Shown here piece after piece: positions 18,568 through 28,759 of a stretch of DNA of 64,000 nt. The stretch covers positions 1 to 64,000 of the forward strand of contig JBPRGF010000009.1 in NCBI GenBank assembly GCA_051418015.1, written 5' to 3'. Positions within the stretch are counted from its first letter, which is position 1. Every line of letters begins with the position of its first letter. The position numbers and the translations under genes are program-made. The DNA is from Candidatus Nitrospinota bacterium M3_3B_026. Lineage in GTDB: Bacteria > Nitrospinota_A > UBA7883 > JBPRGF01. The notes under the pieces were generated by a model, which was given only the letters and a program-made list of their open reading frames with translations, did not search any database and had not been told where the DNA came from.

Positions 18568-20550
18568 ATGGAGACATTTTTGGGTCTGGCGCCGGTTGTC
18601 GGGATTCTGGGTCTTGGCGTGGCTTTCGGGCTTTACGCCGGCATCCTCAGGATCTCGCCGGGCAGCGAGAAGATGAAAGAAATATCGGAGATGATCCACA
18701 CCGGCGCCATGGTCTTCCTCAGGCGCGAGTACTCCATTCTTTCCGTGTTCGTCGTCGTGGTGTTTGTCCTTCTGTGGGTCTTCCTGGCCGCCAAGACGGC
18801 CATCGCGTTCATCGTGGGCGCGGCCTGCTCCATGCTGGCCGGTTTCATCGGCATGAAAGGGGCCACCAGGGCGAACGTGCGGACCTCGGAGGCGGCCAGG
18901 GATAAAGGCGAGGCCGCGGCCCTCAGCGTGGCCTTCTCCGGTGGCGCCATTATGGGCCTTTCGGTGGCCAGCCTGGGGCTCCTCGGGATCAGCGCCTTCT
19001 ACATCATATACGTGATGATGGGCTCGATGGAGGGGGTGACCTACCTGGCCGGGTTCGGGATGGGCGCCTCGTCGATCGCCCTCTTCGCCCGCGTGGGCGG
19101 CGGCATCTACACCAAATCCGCCGACGTGGGGGCCGACCTCGTGGGCAAGGTGGAGGCCGGCATCCCCGAGGACGACCCGCGTAACCCGGGCGTTATCGCC
19201 GACAACGTGGGCGACTGCGTGGGCGACACCGCCGGACTGGGCGCGGACATCTACGAGTCTTATGTCAACTCCGTGGTGGCCACCATCGCCATAGGAGCCG
19301 CGATGGGCGCCATGGCGCCGCAGTACATGGCCCTGCCGATACTGGTGATAATGATCGGCCTGGTGTCATCCCTGGTCGGGGTGGCCTCCATAAAGATAAT
19401 GAAGGGGCTGGACCCGGCCTCGGTCCTGCGCTATACCTCGTTCCTCGCGGCGGCGGTGATGCTGGCGGTTTCGTACCTGGCCACGGTCATGCTGGGGCTC
19501 GGCGTCAACGTATGGGGGGCGCTGGCGCTCGGCTGCGGCGCGGGGATCGCCATCGGGCTGATGACGGAATACTACACCGGCATGTTCAGTCCGGTCAAAA
19601 ACCTCTCCGCGGCGGCGTTGACGGGCCCCGCGACGATCATAATATCCGGTTTCGCCCTGGGTCTGGAGTCCGTCGCGCCGCCGGTGCTGGTGATAGCCGC
19701 CGCCACCTATTTCGCCGACAGCCTGGCGGGCCTCTATGGCATCGGCCTTGCCGCCGTGGGGATGCTGGCCACGGTGGGCATCACCATGTCCGTGGACGCC
19801 TACGGGCCGATCGCCGACAACGCGGGCGGAATATCGGAGATGGCCGAGCTGGGGCCGGAAACCAGAAAGATCACCGACGGGCTCGACGCCATCGGCAACA
19901 CCACCGCGGCTATCGGGAAAGGCTTCGCCATCGGATCCGCGGCGATGACGGCGCTGGCGCTCTTCTCCGCCTATACCAAAGCCGTGGGGCTCGACAGCAT
20001 AAACATTGTCGACGCCAAGGTCGTCATAGGGCTCTTCCTCGGCGGCATGATAACCTTCCTGATCGCCTCTTTCACCATGACCTCCGTCGGCAAGGCGGCA
20101 AAGCTGATGGTGGAGGAGATACGGCGCCAGTTCCGGGAGATTCCGGGCCTGATGGAGGGCAAGACCAAGCCGGACCCGGCCACCTGTGTCGATATCGCCA
20201 CCGAAGCCTCGTTGAAGGAGATGATCCTGCCGGGTCTGACGGCGGTGATGACGCCGGTCGTCATCGGCTTTCTCCTCGGCCCGGAGGGCCTTGGAGGACT
20301 GCTGGCCGGCGCCACGGTCACCGGCGTCATGCTGGCGCTGCTCATGGCCAACGGCGGCGGCGCCTGGGACAACGCTAAGAAATACATAGAGTCCGGCCAT
20401 CACGGCGGCAAGGGGTCCGACGCCCACAAGGCCGCCGTCGTCGGCGACACCGTGGGCGATCCCTTCAAGGACACCTCCGGCCCGGCGATGAATATCCTCA
20501 TCAAGCTGATGTCGATAATATCGCTGGTGATCGCGCCGTTGCTCGTCTGA
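18568..20550 (+). CDS. hppA: Membrane-bound proton-translocating pyrophosphatase
   Basis: 660 aa, about 15 TM helices; [19 protein letters not shown] and [16 protein letters not shown] motifs characteristic of V-PPases. Confidence 0.92.
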   Translation: METFLGLAPVVGILGLGVAFGLYAGILRISPGSEKMKEISEMIHTGAMVFLRREYSILSVFVVVVFVLLWVFLAAKTAIAFIVGAACSMLAGFIGMKGATRANVRTSEAARDKGEAAALSVAFSGGAIMGLSVASLGLLGISAFYIIYVMMGSMEGVTYLAGFGMGASSIALFARVGGGIYTKSADVGADLVGKVEAGIPEDDPRNPGVIADNVGDCVGDTAGLGADIYESYVNSVVATIAIGAAMGAMAPQYMALPILVIMIGLVSSLVGVASIKIMKGLDPASVLRYTSFLAAAVMLAVSYLATVMLGLGVNVWGALALGCGAGIAIGLMTEYYTGMFSPVKNLSAAALTGPATIIISGFALGLESVAPPVLVIAAATYFADSLAGLYGIGLAAVGMLATVGITMSVDAYGPIADNAGGISEMAELGPETRKITDGLDAIGNTTAAIGKGFAIGSAAMTALALFSAYTKAVGLDSINIVDAKVVIGLFLGGMITFLIASFTMTSVGKAAKLMVEEIRRQFREIPGLMEGKTKPDPATCVDIATEASLKEMILPGLTAVMTPVVIGFLLGPEGLGGLLAGATVTGVMLALLMANGGGAWDNAKKYIESGHHGGKGSDAHKAAVVGDTVGDPFKDTSGPAMNILIKLMSIISLVIAPLLV

Positions 20551-20580
20551 CGGCGCCGATAGCGCCCTCTTGTCACAGCG

Positions 20581-20621
20581 CCCCCGCTGGAGGCGGAAGA
20601 CGCCACGGCGGGGGTTTTTTT
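20581..20621 (+). terminator. Rho-independent terminator downstream of hppA
   Basis: CCCCCGC...GCGGGGG stem followed by T7 run. Confidence 0.75.
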
Positions 20622-20821
20622 GTCCGCTTGCGCCGATGCCGCATTTTCAGGCGCTCGTCCACGCCCGGCCGGGAACCCCGGTGATTGGTTGAGAGCCGAG
20701 GGTCTAACCGCCGCTTCCAACTGTTCGCCGTCCCACTGTCTCGCCGGACCCTGTGCCGCCGCCGACCTCCGTTCCCGGTCTCTTGCGCCCACAGGGTTTC
20801 AAAAGTAATAAAACGTTACTT

Positions 20822-20856
20822 TTACAAATAACGTCACCGCATGACGTTATTTGTAA
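20822..20856. promoter_or_regulatory. Perfect 15-bp inverted repeat TTACAAATAACGTCA-ccgca-TGACGTTATTTGTAA in the AT-rich intergenic region (candidate operator or hairpin)
   Basis: Read directly from the sequence; flanked by additional AACGTTA/AACGTCA half-site-like repeats. Confidence 0.5.
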
Positions 20857-21103
20857 CTTTTCGCGCCGGGTCTCGGGCGGAGTCCTGACATAACATATTG
20901 ATAATAAAGCTATAATAATAATGGCCCACGATTTGCTTTATAGGTTAGCGTGATTGTAAAAAGTATTTGTGCGTTACATCTCGAATAGACGTTTGTTGTT
21001 TCGAGCGCTAGGGATTTTCCAGCGGCTGGAGTCGTATTCAACCGCATCCGATGCTCTATAGTGTTGAAGAGCCGGGTTTTCGACTGAGAAAGAGGGGGTG
21101 TGA

Positions 21104-22243
21104 ATGAAGGTCGAGCAAAGGATCTGGACCGAGAAGGGGGGCTGGTCGCCTTCCGCGCCTGGGGAGGCGGAGAGCCTGGGGTCCGCCGCGGAGCTTGTTC
21201 TGGTGTTCGGCGGGCGGGAGAGGCTGACGGACGCTCGGCTTATGGGGGAGGTTCGGGCGGCGTATCCTTCCGCGCGGCTGGCAGGTCTCTCCACGGCCGG
21301 TGAGATTCTTGGCGGGGAGGCGCTTGAAGGCTCGCTGGCCGTCACCGCCGTGAGCTTTAAAAGCTCCGAAATCCGCATGGAACAGGTTAAGATAAGAGGC
21401 GTCGGCGGCAGCCACGAGGCCGGCCAGGCGCTGGCTTCGTCTTTGGGCCATGATGGTCTTCGCCACGTCCTGGTGTTCGCGGACGGTTTTTGCGTTGATG
21501 GGGCAGAGCTGGCCCGGGGGATGTGGGAGAACCTGCCTTACGGCGTCTCCGTCACCGGTGGTCTGGCGGCCGATGGGGAGGAGTTTGAAAAGGGCGTTGT
21601 CCTGTTGGACGGCGAGGCTTGGGGAGACAGGGCGGTGGCCGTCGGATTTTACGGGGATATTGAATCCGGTTTCGGCGCCGGGAGCGGCTGGGTTCCTTTC
21701 GGCCTTGAGAGGGAAGTGACCGGCGTGGAGGGTGTCATATTGTCGGAGTTCGGCGGCAGGACGCCGCTTGAGATTTATGAGAACTATCTTGGGGACGAGG
21801 CGGCGCGGCTTCCGGCCTCAGCGTCCATGTTTCCGTTGCTGATTCTTACGGACGACGACATGGGCCAGACCCGCTCCGTGGTGGCGGTGAACCGCGAAGA
21901 CGGCAGCGTGAGGCTGAACGGGGCCATTCGCAGGGGAGCGCGCGCCAGGCTGATGCTGGGCGGGCCGGAGCGGCTCGCGCCCGCGGCGTCGGAGGCGGCG
22001 GGCAGGGTCGCCGCCGCGCTGGGCGGAAAGAGCGCGGAGCTTGCGCTGGCGGCGTTCGGCCTTGGCAGGAGGATGATATTGAAACAACGCTCGGAGCTTG
22101 AGCTGGAGGCTGTTCTGGGAGCCCTTGGCGGCGCGCCCCTGGCGGGGTTTTATTCTCTCGGCGAGATATGCCCGCCCCGGCCCGGAGCGCCATATTCGCT
22201 TATGTCCCAGAGCGCCTCCCTTACAGTGTTGCGGGAGGATTGA
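21104..22243 (+). CDS. FIST-domain sensory protein (FIST_N plus FIST_C)
   Basis: Size and composition typical of FIST sensor proteins; operon partner of a hybrid histidine kinase (ATGA overlap). Confidence 0.5.
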   Translation: MKVEQRIWTEKGGWSPSAPGEAESLGSAAELVLVFGGRERLTDARLMGEVRAAYPSARLAGLSTAGEILGGEALEGSLAVTAVSFKSSEIRMEQVKIRGVGGSHEAGQALASSLGHDGLRHVLVFADGFCVDGAELARGMWENLPYGVSVTGGLAADGEEFEKGVVLLDGEAWGDRAVAVGFYGDIESGFGAGSGWVPFGLEREVTGVEGVILSEFGGRTPLEIYENYLGDEAARLPASASMFPLLILTDDDMGQTRSVVAVNREDGSVRLNGAIRRGARARLMLGGPERLAPAASEAAGRVAAALGGKSAELALAAFGLGRRMILKQRSELELEAVLGALGGAPLAGFYSLGEICPPRPGAPYSLMSQSASLTVLRED

Positions 22244-23547
22244 TGTCGCCGGTGTCCCATCCTCTTTTGCTCCGGCAGCTTCGCCGTCATTTCGGCGGCC
22301 CGGAGTCTTTCCCGGAGGAGTTGAAACCTTTTGTAGAGGCCGTCGACAAGGCGTATCACGACGCCGACTCCGACAGGCTCATGCTGGAGCGCTCCCTGGA
22401 GCTTTCGTCGCAGGAGTTCGTGATAAAGAGCGCCGAGCTGCGGCGCCAGATCGAGGAGCGCAAGAAGACCGAGGAGAGGCTGAAGGAGGAGAAGGAGAAG
22501 GCCGAGGAGGCCTCGAGGCTGAAAGACAAGTTCGTCTCCCTGGTCTCCCATGACATAAGGACTCCCTTCTCGTCGATAATGGGTCTTCTGCGGCTTTTGG
22601 GCTCCGACACCGTCCATCCCTTGCACGAGGACCAGAAGGCCCTGCTCGAGCATGTCCTGAGGATCGGCGAGGGGCTTGTGAACATGGTGGACAGGCTCCT
22701 TGACGTAAGCAAGCTGCGGACGGGCAAGATAAAACCCAAGATGAGGTTCGTCGAGGCGGCCAGCGTCACGGCGCAGGTTACCGGCGGCCTGTCCCACGCC
22801 GCCTCTGAGAAGGGGATAGACCTCGTGGACGAGACGCCGCCCGGGGAGCGGCTTTACACCGACCCGGCCCTTTTCACCGAGGTGATTCAGAACCTTGTCA
22901 CGAACGCGATAAAATTCTCCAACAAGGGCGACCGGGTGACGCTCTACATGCCCGAGGGCGGCGCCATCGCCGTCAGGGACACCGGGTTGGGGATCAGGAA
23001 AGAGAATATCCCGAGGCTTTTCCGCCATGACGAGAAGACCAACTCCACCGGGACCGCCGGTGAGCTTGGCGCGGGGCTGGGGCTGCCTTTCAGCATGGAC
23101 ATCATGAAGGCCCTTGGGGGGACGCTGAAGGTGGAGTCCATCCCCGGCGATGGCAGCGTGTTCACGGCGACCCTGTCGCCCGTGCGGCCGCTGATTCTTC
23201 TGGTGGAGGACGACGAGCTGCCCCGTCTGATCCTCAAGGAGAGCCTGGAGTCGCTGGACGCGGACGTGATAGAGGCCGAGCATGGCGAGGAGGCGCTGGC
23301 CGTCCTGGCGGAGACGACGCCGAACCTCGTGGTGACGGACATAAATATGCCCAACATGAACGGATTCAACCTGCTGAAAAAGATCAAGGAGAGCCGCGAC
23401 ACCAGGGATATCCCGGTGATGGTGATAACGTCCGACGACAAGATCGAGACAAGAGAGAAAGCCTTCAGGCTCGGCGCCGCCGACTTTTGCGGCAAGCCTC
23501 CCGTGATACACGACTTCCTGCCGAGAGCCCGCAGGCTCCTGGCCTGA
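22243..23547 (+). CDS. Hybrid sensor histidine kinase (HisKA-HATPase-REC)
   Basis: H-box SLVSHDIRTPFSSIMG; G-box GTAGELGAGLGL; C-terminal receiver domain ILLVEDDELPR...VVTDINMP. Confidence 0.85.
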   Translation: MSPVSHPLLLRQLRRHFGGPESFPEELKPFVEAVDKAYHDADSDRLMLERSLELSSQEFVIKSAELRRQIEERKKTEERLKEEKEKAEEASRLKDKFVSLVSHDIRTPFSSIMGLLRLLGSDTVHPLHEDQKALLEHVLRIGEGLVNMVDRLLDVSKLRTGKIKPKMRFVEAASVTAQVTGGLSHAASEKGIDLVDETPPGERLYTDPALFTEVIQNLVTNAIKFSNKGDRVTLYMPEGGAIAVRDTGLGIRKENIPRLFRHDEKTNSTGTAGELGAGLGLPFSMDIMKALGGTLKVESIPGDGSVFTATLSPVRPLILLVEDDELPRLILKESLESLDADVIEAEHGEEALAVLAETTPNLVVTDINMPNMNGFNLLKKIKESRDTRDIPVMVITSDDKIETREKAFRLGAADFCGKPPVIHDFLPRARRLLA

Positions 23548-23611
23548 AGGGCCACCCGTTCCGGCGTTTATAAATGTTTGACACCCATGGGTATAGTGCG
23601 AAAATGTAGCC

Positions 23612-25138
23612 ATGCGAATACTAGTCGCCGACGACATGGGCGCGATGCGTCAGACAGTGAAACGTACGCTGAACTCCCTTGGGTTCAACGAGATATCGGA
23701 GGCCAAGAACGGCAAGGAGGCCTACGACGCCATAATGGCCGGCCAGGACATCCCGGGGAGGAAGATCGACCTGGCCATAATAGACTGGAACATGGCGCCG
23801 ATATCCGGCATCGAGCTTTTGAAGACTCTCCGGGCCGACGAACGGACGAAGGACATCCTTTTCGTGATGCTGACCGCCGAGCAGATGCGCGACAATATCC
23901 TGCTCGCGCTGCAGGCGAGGGTTGACGAGTACATCATAAAGCCCTTCACGGCGGAGACGGTCAAAAAGAAGTTCGACATCATTACCCTGCGTGAGCTGGG
24001 GAAGATAAGAAAAGAGGTGGACGACCACCTGGCCTCGCTCAAGGATCGGCTGGAGCCGGAGACCGCCGAAGAGAGAAAAAAAGCCCTTGGCGGGTTCAGG
24101 AAAAAGCTCGCCGCCGCAGGCCGGATATCTCCCTGGAGCTATTACGCCCTGATGGAGACGGGGAAGACGCTTTTGAAGTTCGGGGAGGCCGACGAGGCTG
24201 AGAAATGTTTCCGGGACGTGTTGTCCAAAAACTTTGGCGTGGCCGAGGCGCACAAGGAGCTTTCCAGGATACTCCGCGACAGGGGGAAGATCGCCGAGTC
24301 GGCCGAGGAGTTGCGGATCGCGTCGATGGAGCGGCCCGACTCCGGCGAGATCAAACAGAAACTGGGAGAGGCGTACCTGAAGGAGGGGCGCCTCGACGAG
24401 GCCATAGACGTCCTTTCGGATTCCCTGAAGCTGCTGGAGGAGAGCAGGGACAAGCGGCTTCTCGCTCGGGGCAGGAGCGGCCTTGGCGAGGCCAGGATGA
24501 AAAAGGGCGAAAAGGACGGGGACGAGAAGATGAGACAGGAGGCCCTGGAGGACTTCGGCGAGGCGGCGCGCCTGGACCCGGACCTTGTGGCCGCCAGCTA
24601 CAACCTGATGGTCGCCTGCAAGAAGGCCGGAATGACCGAAAAAGCCATGGAGATCTTCAAGAGCATACAGGAGATGGAGCCGAAGGACGCGGAAGGGTGG
24701 ATCGCGCTGGGGAAGGCGTACCTCGACCAGGATGAGAAGTCAAAAGCCCTTTTCGCCTTCAGGAAGGCCGAGGATCTTTCGGAGGGGCGCTTCCCGGTGT
24801 ACGAGGAGATTTCGAAGGCCCTCTACCACGCCAGGATATTCGACGAGGCTCTCGCCTATCTCGACAAGGCCAAGGAGATAAACCCTTCCGGCGTCTTCTC
24901 CTACAACCTGGCGGGGATCATCCACCGGATGAGAGACGAGAGCGCCAAAGCCCTGAAGGAATACCAGAAAGCCTCCAAGCTGGACCCGGACAACCCTTCG
25001 GTCTACTTCAACCTCGGGGTGGCGTATTACAAACTCGGCGACGGGGAGAAGAGCACAGAGCAGTTCAGAAAGGCAAAGGGCCTTGACCCGGACCTCCCGG
25101 AGCTTGCCTCCTACATGGAAAAGCTCGGGATAGCCTGA
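23612..25138 (+). CDS. Response regulator (CheY-like receiver) fused to TPR repeats
   Basis: ILVADDMGAMRQ...AIIDWNMAPISG receiver domain; multiple TPR units (AYLKEGRLDEAI, YNLMVACKKAG, YFNLGVAYYKLG). Confidence 0.8.
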   Translation: MRILVADDMGAMRQTVKRTLNSLGFNEISEAKNGKEAYDAIMAGQDIPGRKIDLAIIDWNMAPISGIELLKTLRADERTKDILFVMLTAEQMRDNILLALQARVDEYIIKPFTAETVKKKFDIITLRELGKIRKEVDDHLASLKDRLEPETAEERKKALGGFRKKLAAAGRISPWSYYALMETGKTLLKFGEADEAEKCFRDVLSKNFGVAEAHKELSRILRDRGKIAESAEELRIASMERPDSGEIKQKLGEAYLKEGRLDEAIDVLSDSLKLLEESRDKRLLARGRSGLGEARMKKGEKDGDEKMRQEALEDFGEAARLDPDLVAASYNLMVACKKAGMTEKAMEIFKSIQEMEPKDAEGWIALGKAYLDQDEKSKALFAFRKAEDLSEGRFPVYEEISKALYHARIFDEALAYLDKAKEINPSGVFSYNLAGIIHRMRDESAKALKEYQKASKLDPDNPSVYFNLGVAYYKLGDGEKSTEQFRKAKGLDPDLPELASYMEKLGIA

Positions 25139-25184
25139 GGGGGTTCCTGCCCGGCGGATGCGACCGGCCACGGCCCTGCCTGGA

Positions 25185-25204
25185 ATGCTAAACATGTTTA
25201 GCAT
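25185..25204. promoter_or_regulatory. Perfect 20-bp palindrome ATGCTAAACATGTTTAGCAT immediately upstream of the ribosome-binding site of the RHH antitoxin gene (candidate autoregulatory operator)
   Basis: Read directly from the sequence; ends 13 nt before ATG 25217. Confidence 0.6.
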
Positions 25205-25216
25205 GGAGGATTGGGT

Positions 25217-25441
25217 ATGTTCGGAATAAGACTGCCGGCCAATGTGGAGGAGCGTCTTGACAGGCTCGCCAAGCGCACGGGCCGGACGAAGACCTATTAC
25301 GCGCGCCAGGCCATTCTCGAATACCTGGACGACCTCGAGGACATCTACCTGGCGGAGAAACGCCTGACGGACATCCGCGCCGGACGAACGCGGCCTGTCT
25401 CCTTGGATGAGATGAAAAAGCGCCTTGGCCTGGACGATTGA
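25217..25441 (+). CDS. Ribbon-helix-helix antitoxin of the RelB/DinJ/ParD-type family (orphan; partner toxin degraded)
   Basis: 74 aa; [34 protein letters not shown] is a typical RHH (CopG-like) N-terminus; GGAGGA ribosome-binding site 6 nt upstream. Confidence 0.65.
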   Translation: MFGIRLPANVEERLDRLAKRTGRTKTYYARQAILEYLDDLEDIYLAEKRLTDIRAGRTRPVSLDEMKKRLGLDD

Positions 25442-25514
25442 GTTCGATCCACGCGCCGAGAGGGACTTTATTTATTTTTTACGCCCGTGGAAAGTCATGC
25501 CGGATTTGATATAG
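25425..25514 (+). pseudogene. Truncated relE/parE-family toxin remnant (29 codons), overlapping the antitoxin stop
   Basis: Translation (TTG)[14 protein letters not shown]... reproduces the characteristic RelE/ParE N-terminus, then diverges and terminates; the remainder is deleted up to the convergent kinase gene ending at 25525. Confidence 0.55.
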
Positions 25515-25524
25515 CCTGAATCCT

Positions 25525-26886
25525 TCACCCATTCTCCTCTTCCATCGCGGGAAGTGAGACGGTGAACCTCGCCCCTTTCCCCTGTTCGCTGTCCAGGCTG
25601 ATGGAGCCGCCATGCGCTTCGGCGGCAAGCTTGCAAAAGGCCAGGCCGAGCCCGTGGGAGCCGTCTCCGCCGCCCGGTTTCATGGAGCTTTTGGCCTGCT
25701 CGAAGGCGTTGAATATCCGCTCCCTGTCCGCCTCGTCCACTCCCTCGCCCTCGTCGCTCACCGAGAGAAGGACCATCTCCCCCTCCTCCCTCACGCCGAC
25801 GGTGACGCGGCCGCCGGTGGGGGAGTGTCTCAGCGCGTTGTCCAAAAGGTTCGACAGTATCCGGCGGACAACGCCGCCATCGGCCTCCACCATCGCCCTG
25901 TCAGGCCCGTTGTATTCCATCCTGATCTCGTCGAAACGGGCCACCACCTCGAACTCCTTCAGGATTCTCCGCGCCATGTCCGTGAGATTGAAACAGCTCG
26001 TGTGGAGCTGGAACTTGCCTATCTCCATCTTGTGGGAGTCGAGGGTCGCCTTTATCATGTCCAGCAGCCTTTCGCAGCCGAACCGGGAGAGTTTCAATAT
26101 GTCCGTCGTCTCGCCGCCCGGCTCCGTGCCCTCGAGGTAGGCGAGGTTCGATATGACCAGCGACAGGGGGTTTTTCAGGTCGTGGATGGTCATGTACAGA
26201 AGCCGCTCCTTTATCGTCTCGGCTTCCCTGAGCTGGGCGAGGTCTTTTTCTATCGTCTCGATCTTCTCCCGGCCTTCCCGGACGCTGGACTCGAGCATTT
26301 TGACCTGGGCGTTCTTTCTCAGCTTGGCGATCTTCGCCGCCACAGCCTTCAGCGCCCCGCCGATGGAGCTTTTGTCCACGGCGAAGAAGGGATGAGCCTC
26401 TCTCATCCCTCCCACGTTCAGGATCCCCATGACGTTCCCGTCGAAAGAGAGCAGGGGGAACGAGCAGAATATGTTCTCGGAGTGGCGGGTGGGGTGGTTC
26501 TGCCTCTTTATCTCCTTCAGGTCGTCGATGTTCGAAAAATAATACGGCTTGCTGTTCCGTATCACGGCGCTTGATATGGAGCCGTCGTCAGGGTCCACGG
26601 TCTTGCCGGTTATCTCCCCCGCGCCTTCGCCCGTGGCCTCCTCCACCCTCCATCCATCTTCGCCCTTGATGACTATCGAGGCCGACGAGCCGCCGAGCAG
26701 GTCCTGGAATATGTCGAGCATCATCGCCAGGGCTCCGGCGGGATCCGCCGTGGAGGATACGTCCACACTCATGATGGCGTCCCTGGCGGCCACCTGCAGC
26801 CGCCAGAACCACGAATCATCGTCCTGTTTTTTCCTGACGAGGGCGCGGAACTTTTTAAGGTCCGCGGCTGGACTTGTCGCTGGCAT
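25525..26886 (-). CDS. Sensor histidine kinase with N-terminal GAF-like domain
   Basis: H-box LLYMTIHDLKNPLS; HATPase motifs LLDNALRHSP, GGDGSHGLGLAFCKLAAEAHGGSI. Confidence 0.85.
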   Translation of the reverse strand: MPATSPAADLKKFRALVRKKQDDDSWFWRLQVAARDAIMSVDVSSTADPAGALAMMLDIFQDLLGGSSASIVIKGEDGWRVEEATGEGAGEITGKTVDPDDGSISSAVIRNSKPYYFSNIDDLKEIKRQNHPTRHSENIFCSFPLLSFDGNVMGILNVGGMREAHPFFAVDKSSIGGALKAVAAKIAKLRKNAQVKMLESSVREGREKIETIEKDLAQLREAETIKERLLYMTIHDLKNPLSLVISNLAYLEGTEPGGETTDILKLSRFGCERLLDMIKATLDSHKMEIGKFQLHTSCFNLTDMARRILKEFEVVARFDEIRMEYNGPDRAMVEADGGVVRRILSNLLDNALRHSPTGGRVTVGVREEGEMVLLSVSDEGEGVDEADRERIFNAFEQAKSSMKPGGGDGSHGLGLAFCKLAAEAHGGSISLDSEQGKGARFTVSLPAMEEENG

Positions 26887-26966
26887 TATTTTTATGGCCT
26901 GCTCTCAATAGATTAAACCCCGATAATTACAAATATACATTACTTTGAGGAGTTTGACGCGGATTT

Positions 26967-27782
26967 TCAAGGCTCTGGAGAACAGGGCTCCTGGAAAACC
27001 CGCCCGTCGTCCAGCCGGACGGCGGTCAGGAGTCTCCCCCACACGCACCCGCTGTCGAGGGCGTACATGTCATTTTTCATGACAAGCCCCTGCGCCGCCC
27101 AGTGGCCGCAGATTATCAGATCCTCCGCGCTCTTGCGTCCCGGCGCGTCACGCCAATGGATTTTCCCCGGCGGGGCCTTGCCGGGCGGGCCGGAGAACTC
27201 GAGATCCATCTCGCCGTCCGGCGTGATGACGCGCATCCTCGTCATGGCGTTTATGATGACGCGAAGCCTGTCCGTCCCATGAAGGCCATCCATCCATTTT
27301 TTCGGCCCTCCGTCGAAAAGCTCCCTCAGCAGCGCCGGTCTGCCCTCCGAGCGCAAGACGCCCTCCGCCTCGCGGGCGAGCCTCTCCGCCTCGGCGGCTG
27401 TCCACTGGGGCAGCAGGCCCGCGTGAGCGAGGACGCGGCGCCCCTCGCGATGAAGCAGCGGCCGGCGGACAAGCCAGTCCAACAGCTCATCCCTGTCCGG
27501 CGCGGCGAGGACGTCGCCGAAGGTGTCGGAGCCGCGGGCTTGCATGGCGCCGTCGGCCACGCCGATCAGGCGCAGGTCGTGATTGCCCATGACGCTGATG
27601 ATCCTGTCGCCGAGCCCCGCCGCCCACCGCAGTACGGCCGCGGAGTCCGGACCCCTGTTCACGAGGTCGCCCGTCAGCCACAGCCTGTCCTTCGCTGGGT
27701 TGAAGCCGATCTTCCCCAGCAGTTTTTCGAGCGGGCCCATGCGGCCCTGGATGTCGCCGATCGCGTATGTGCCCATATTCAA
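26967..27782 (-). CDS. apaH: Bis(5-prime-nucleosyl)-tetraphosphatase (symmetrical)
   Basis: AIGDIQGRMGPLEKLL...LTGDLVNRGPDS...GNHDL metallophosphatase motifs of ApaH. Confidence 0.85.
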   Translation of the reverse strand: MNMGTYAIGDIQGRMGPLEKLLGKIGFNPAKDRLWLTGDLVNRGPDSAAVLRWAAGLGDRIISVMGNHDLRLIGVADGAMQARGSDTFGDVLAAPDRDELLDWLVRRPLLHREGRRVLAHAGLLPQWTAAEAERLAREAEGVLRSEGRPALLRELFDGGPKKWMDGLHGTDRLRVIINAMTRMRVITPDGEMDLEFSGPPGKAPPGKIHWRDAPGRKSAEDLIICGHWAAQGLVMKNDMYALDSGCVWGRLLTAVRLDDGRVFQEPCSPEP

Positions 27783-27928
27783 CGCCGTTAAAGGCTGAAA
27801 GTATAACAGCGGCGCGCCGCCGAAAAAAATATTTGATTAATTATCATGGCGGGATCATATAGAATCGTATGAGAAGCGCGGCGAGCGCGTTCGTTTGATA
27901 TGGTTTCCAGCTTTCAGGAGAAGCGTTT

Positions 27929-28717
27929 ATGTCTTTACCGGGTATCGGTGTAATCCTAGTCCTCGTAGTACTGCTCCTTATCACCATCCTCAGGGTGATA
28001 AACGAGTACGAGCGCGCTGTGGTGTTTCGTCTTGGGCGGCTCCTGGAGGTGAAAGGGCCGGGCCTGATCATCCTGCTCCCGGTGATCGACCGGATGGTGA
28101 GGATATCGCTGCGGCTCGTGGCGCTGGATGTGCCGTCCCAGGATGTCATCACGAAGGACAACGTCTCCGTAAAGGTCAACGCCGTAGTCTACTTCCGCGT
28201 GGTGGACCCGGAGCGGGCGGTCATACACGTGGAGGACTATTTCTACGCCACAGGCCAGCTTTCCCAGACCAGCCTGCGCTCCATCCTGGGCCAGGTGGAC
28301 CTCGACGAGCTTCTGTCCGAGAGGGACAAGATAAACCAGGACCTGCAGGAGGTGCTCGACCAGAGGACGGACCCGTGGGGGATAAAGGTCGCCAACGTCG
28401 AAGTGAAGCACGTGGATTTGCCCAACGAGATGCAGCGCGCCATGGCAAGGCAGGCCGAGGCGGAGCGCGACAGGAGGGCGAAGGTGATAAACGCCGAGGG
28501 CGAGTTCCAGGCCGCCCAGAGGCTTTTTGACGCCGCCGCCATCATAGAGAAACAGCCGGCGGCCCTCACACTACGGTACCTGCAGACGATGCGCGAGATG
28601 TCCAGCGAGAAGGCGAGCTTCAGCGTTATACCGCTGCCCATGGATTTCCTGGAGCCTTTCATGCGAAAGTTCGGCTTCGTCCCGAAGCCCGAGACCGGCG
28701 GTGAGGGGCAGGCTTAG
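27929..28717 (+). CDS. SPFH/band-7 (stomatin-like) membrane protein
   Basis: N-terminal TM helix; [15 protein letters not shown] and extended band-7 domain; CAGGAGAAG ribosome-binding site. Confidence 0.85.
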   Translation: MSLPGIGVILVLVVLLLITILRVINEYERAVVFRLGRLLEVKGPGLIILLPVIDRMVRISLRLVALDVPSQDVITKDNVSVKVNAVVYFRVVDPERAVIHVEDYFYATGQLSQTSLRSILGQVDLDELLSERDKINQDLQEVLDQRTDPWGIKVANVEVKHVDLPNEMQRAMARQAEAERDRRAKVINAEGEFQAAQRLFDAAAIIEKQPAALTLRYLQTMREMSSEKASFSVIPLPMDFLEPFMRKFGFVPKPETGGEGQA

Positions 28718-28759
28718 GCCCGCGCCCTGGAAGGCTTTGGAATGACGTTTTGACGGTTT

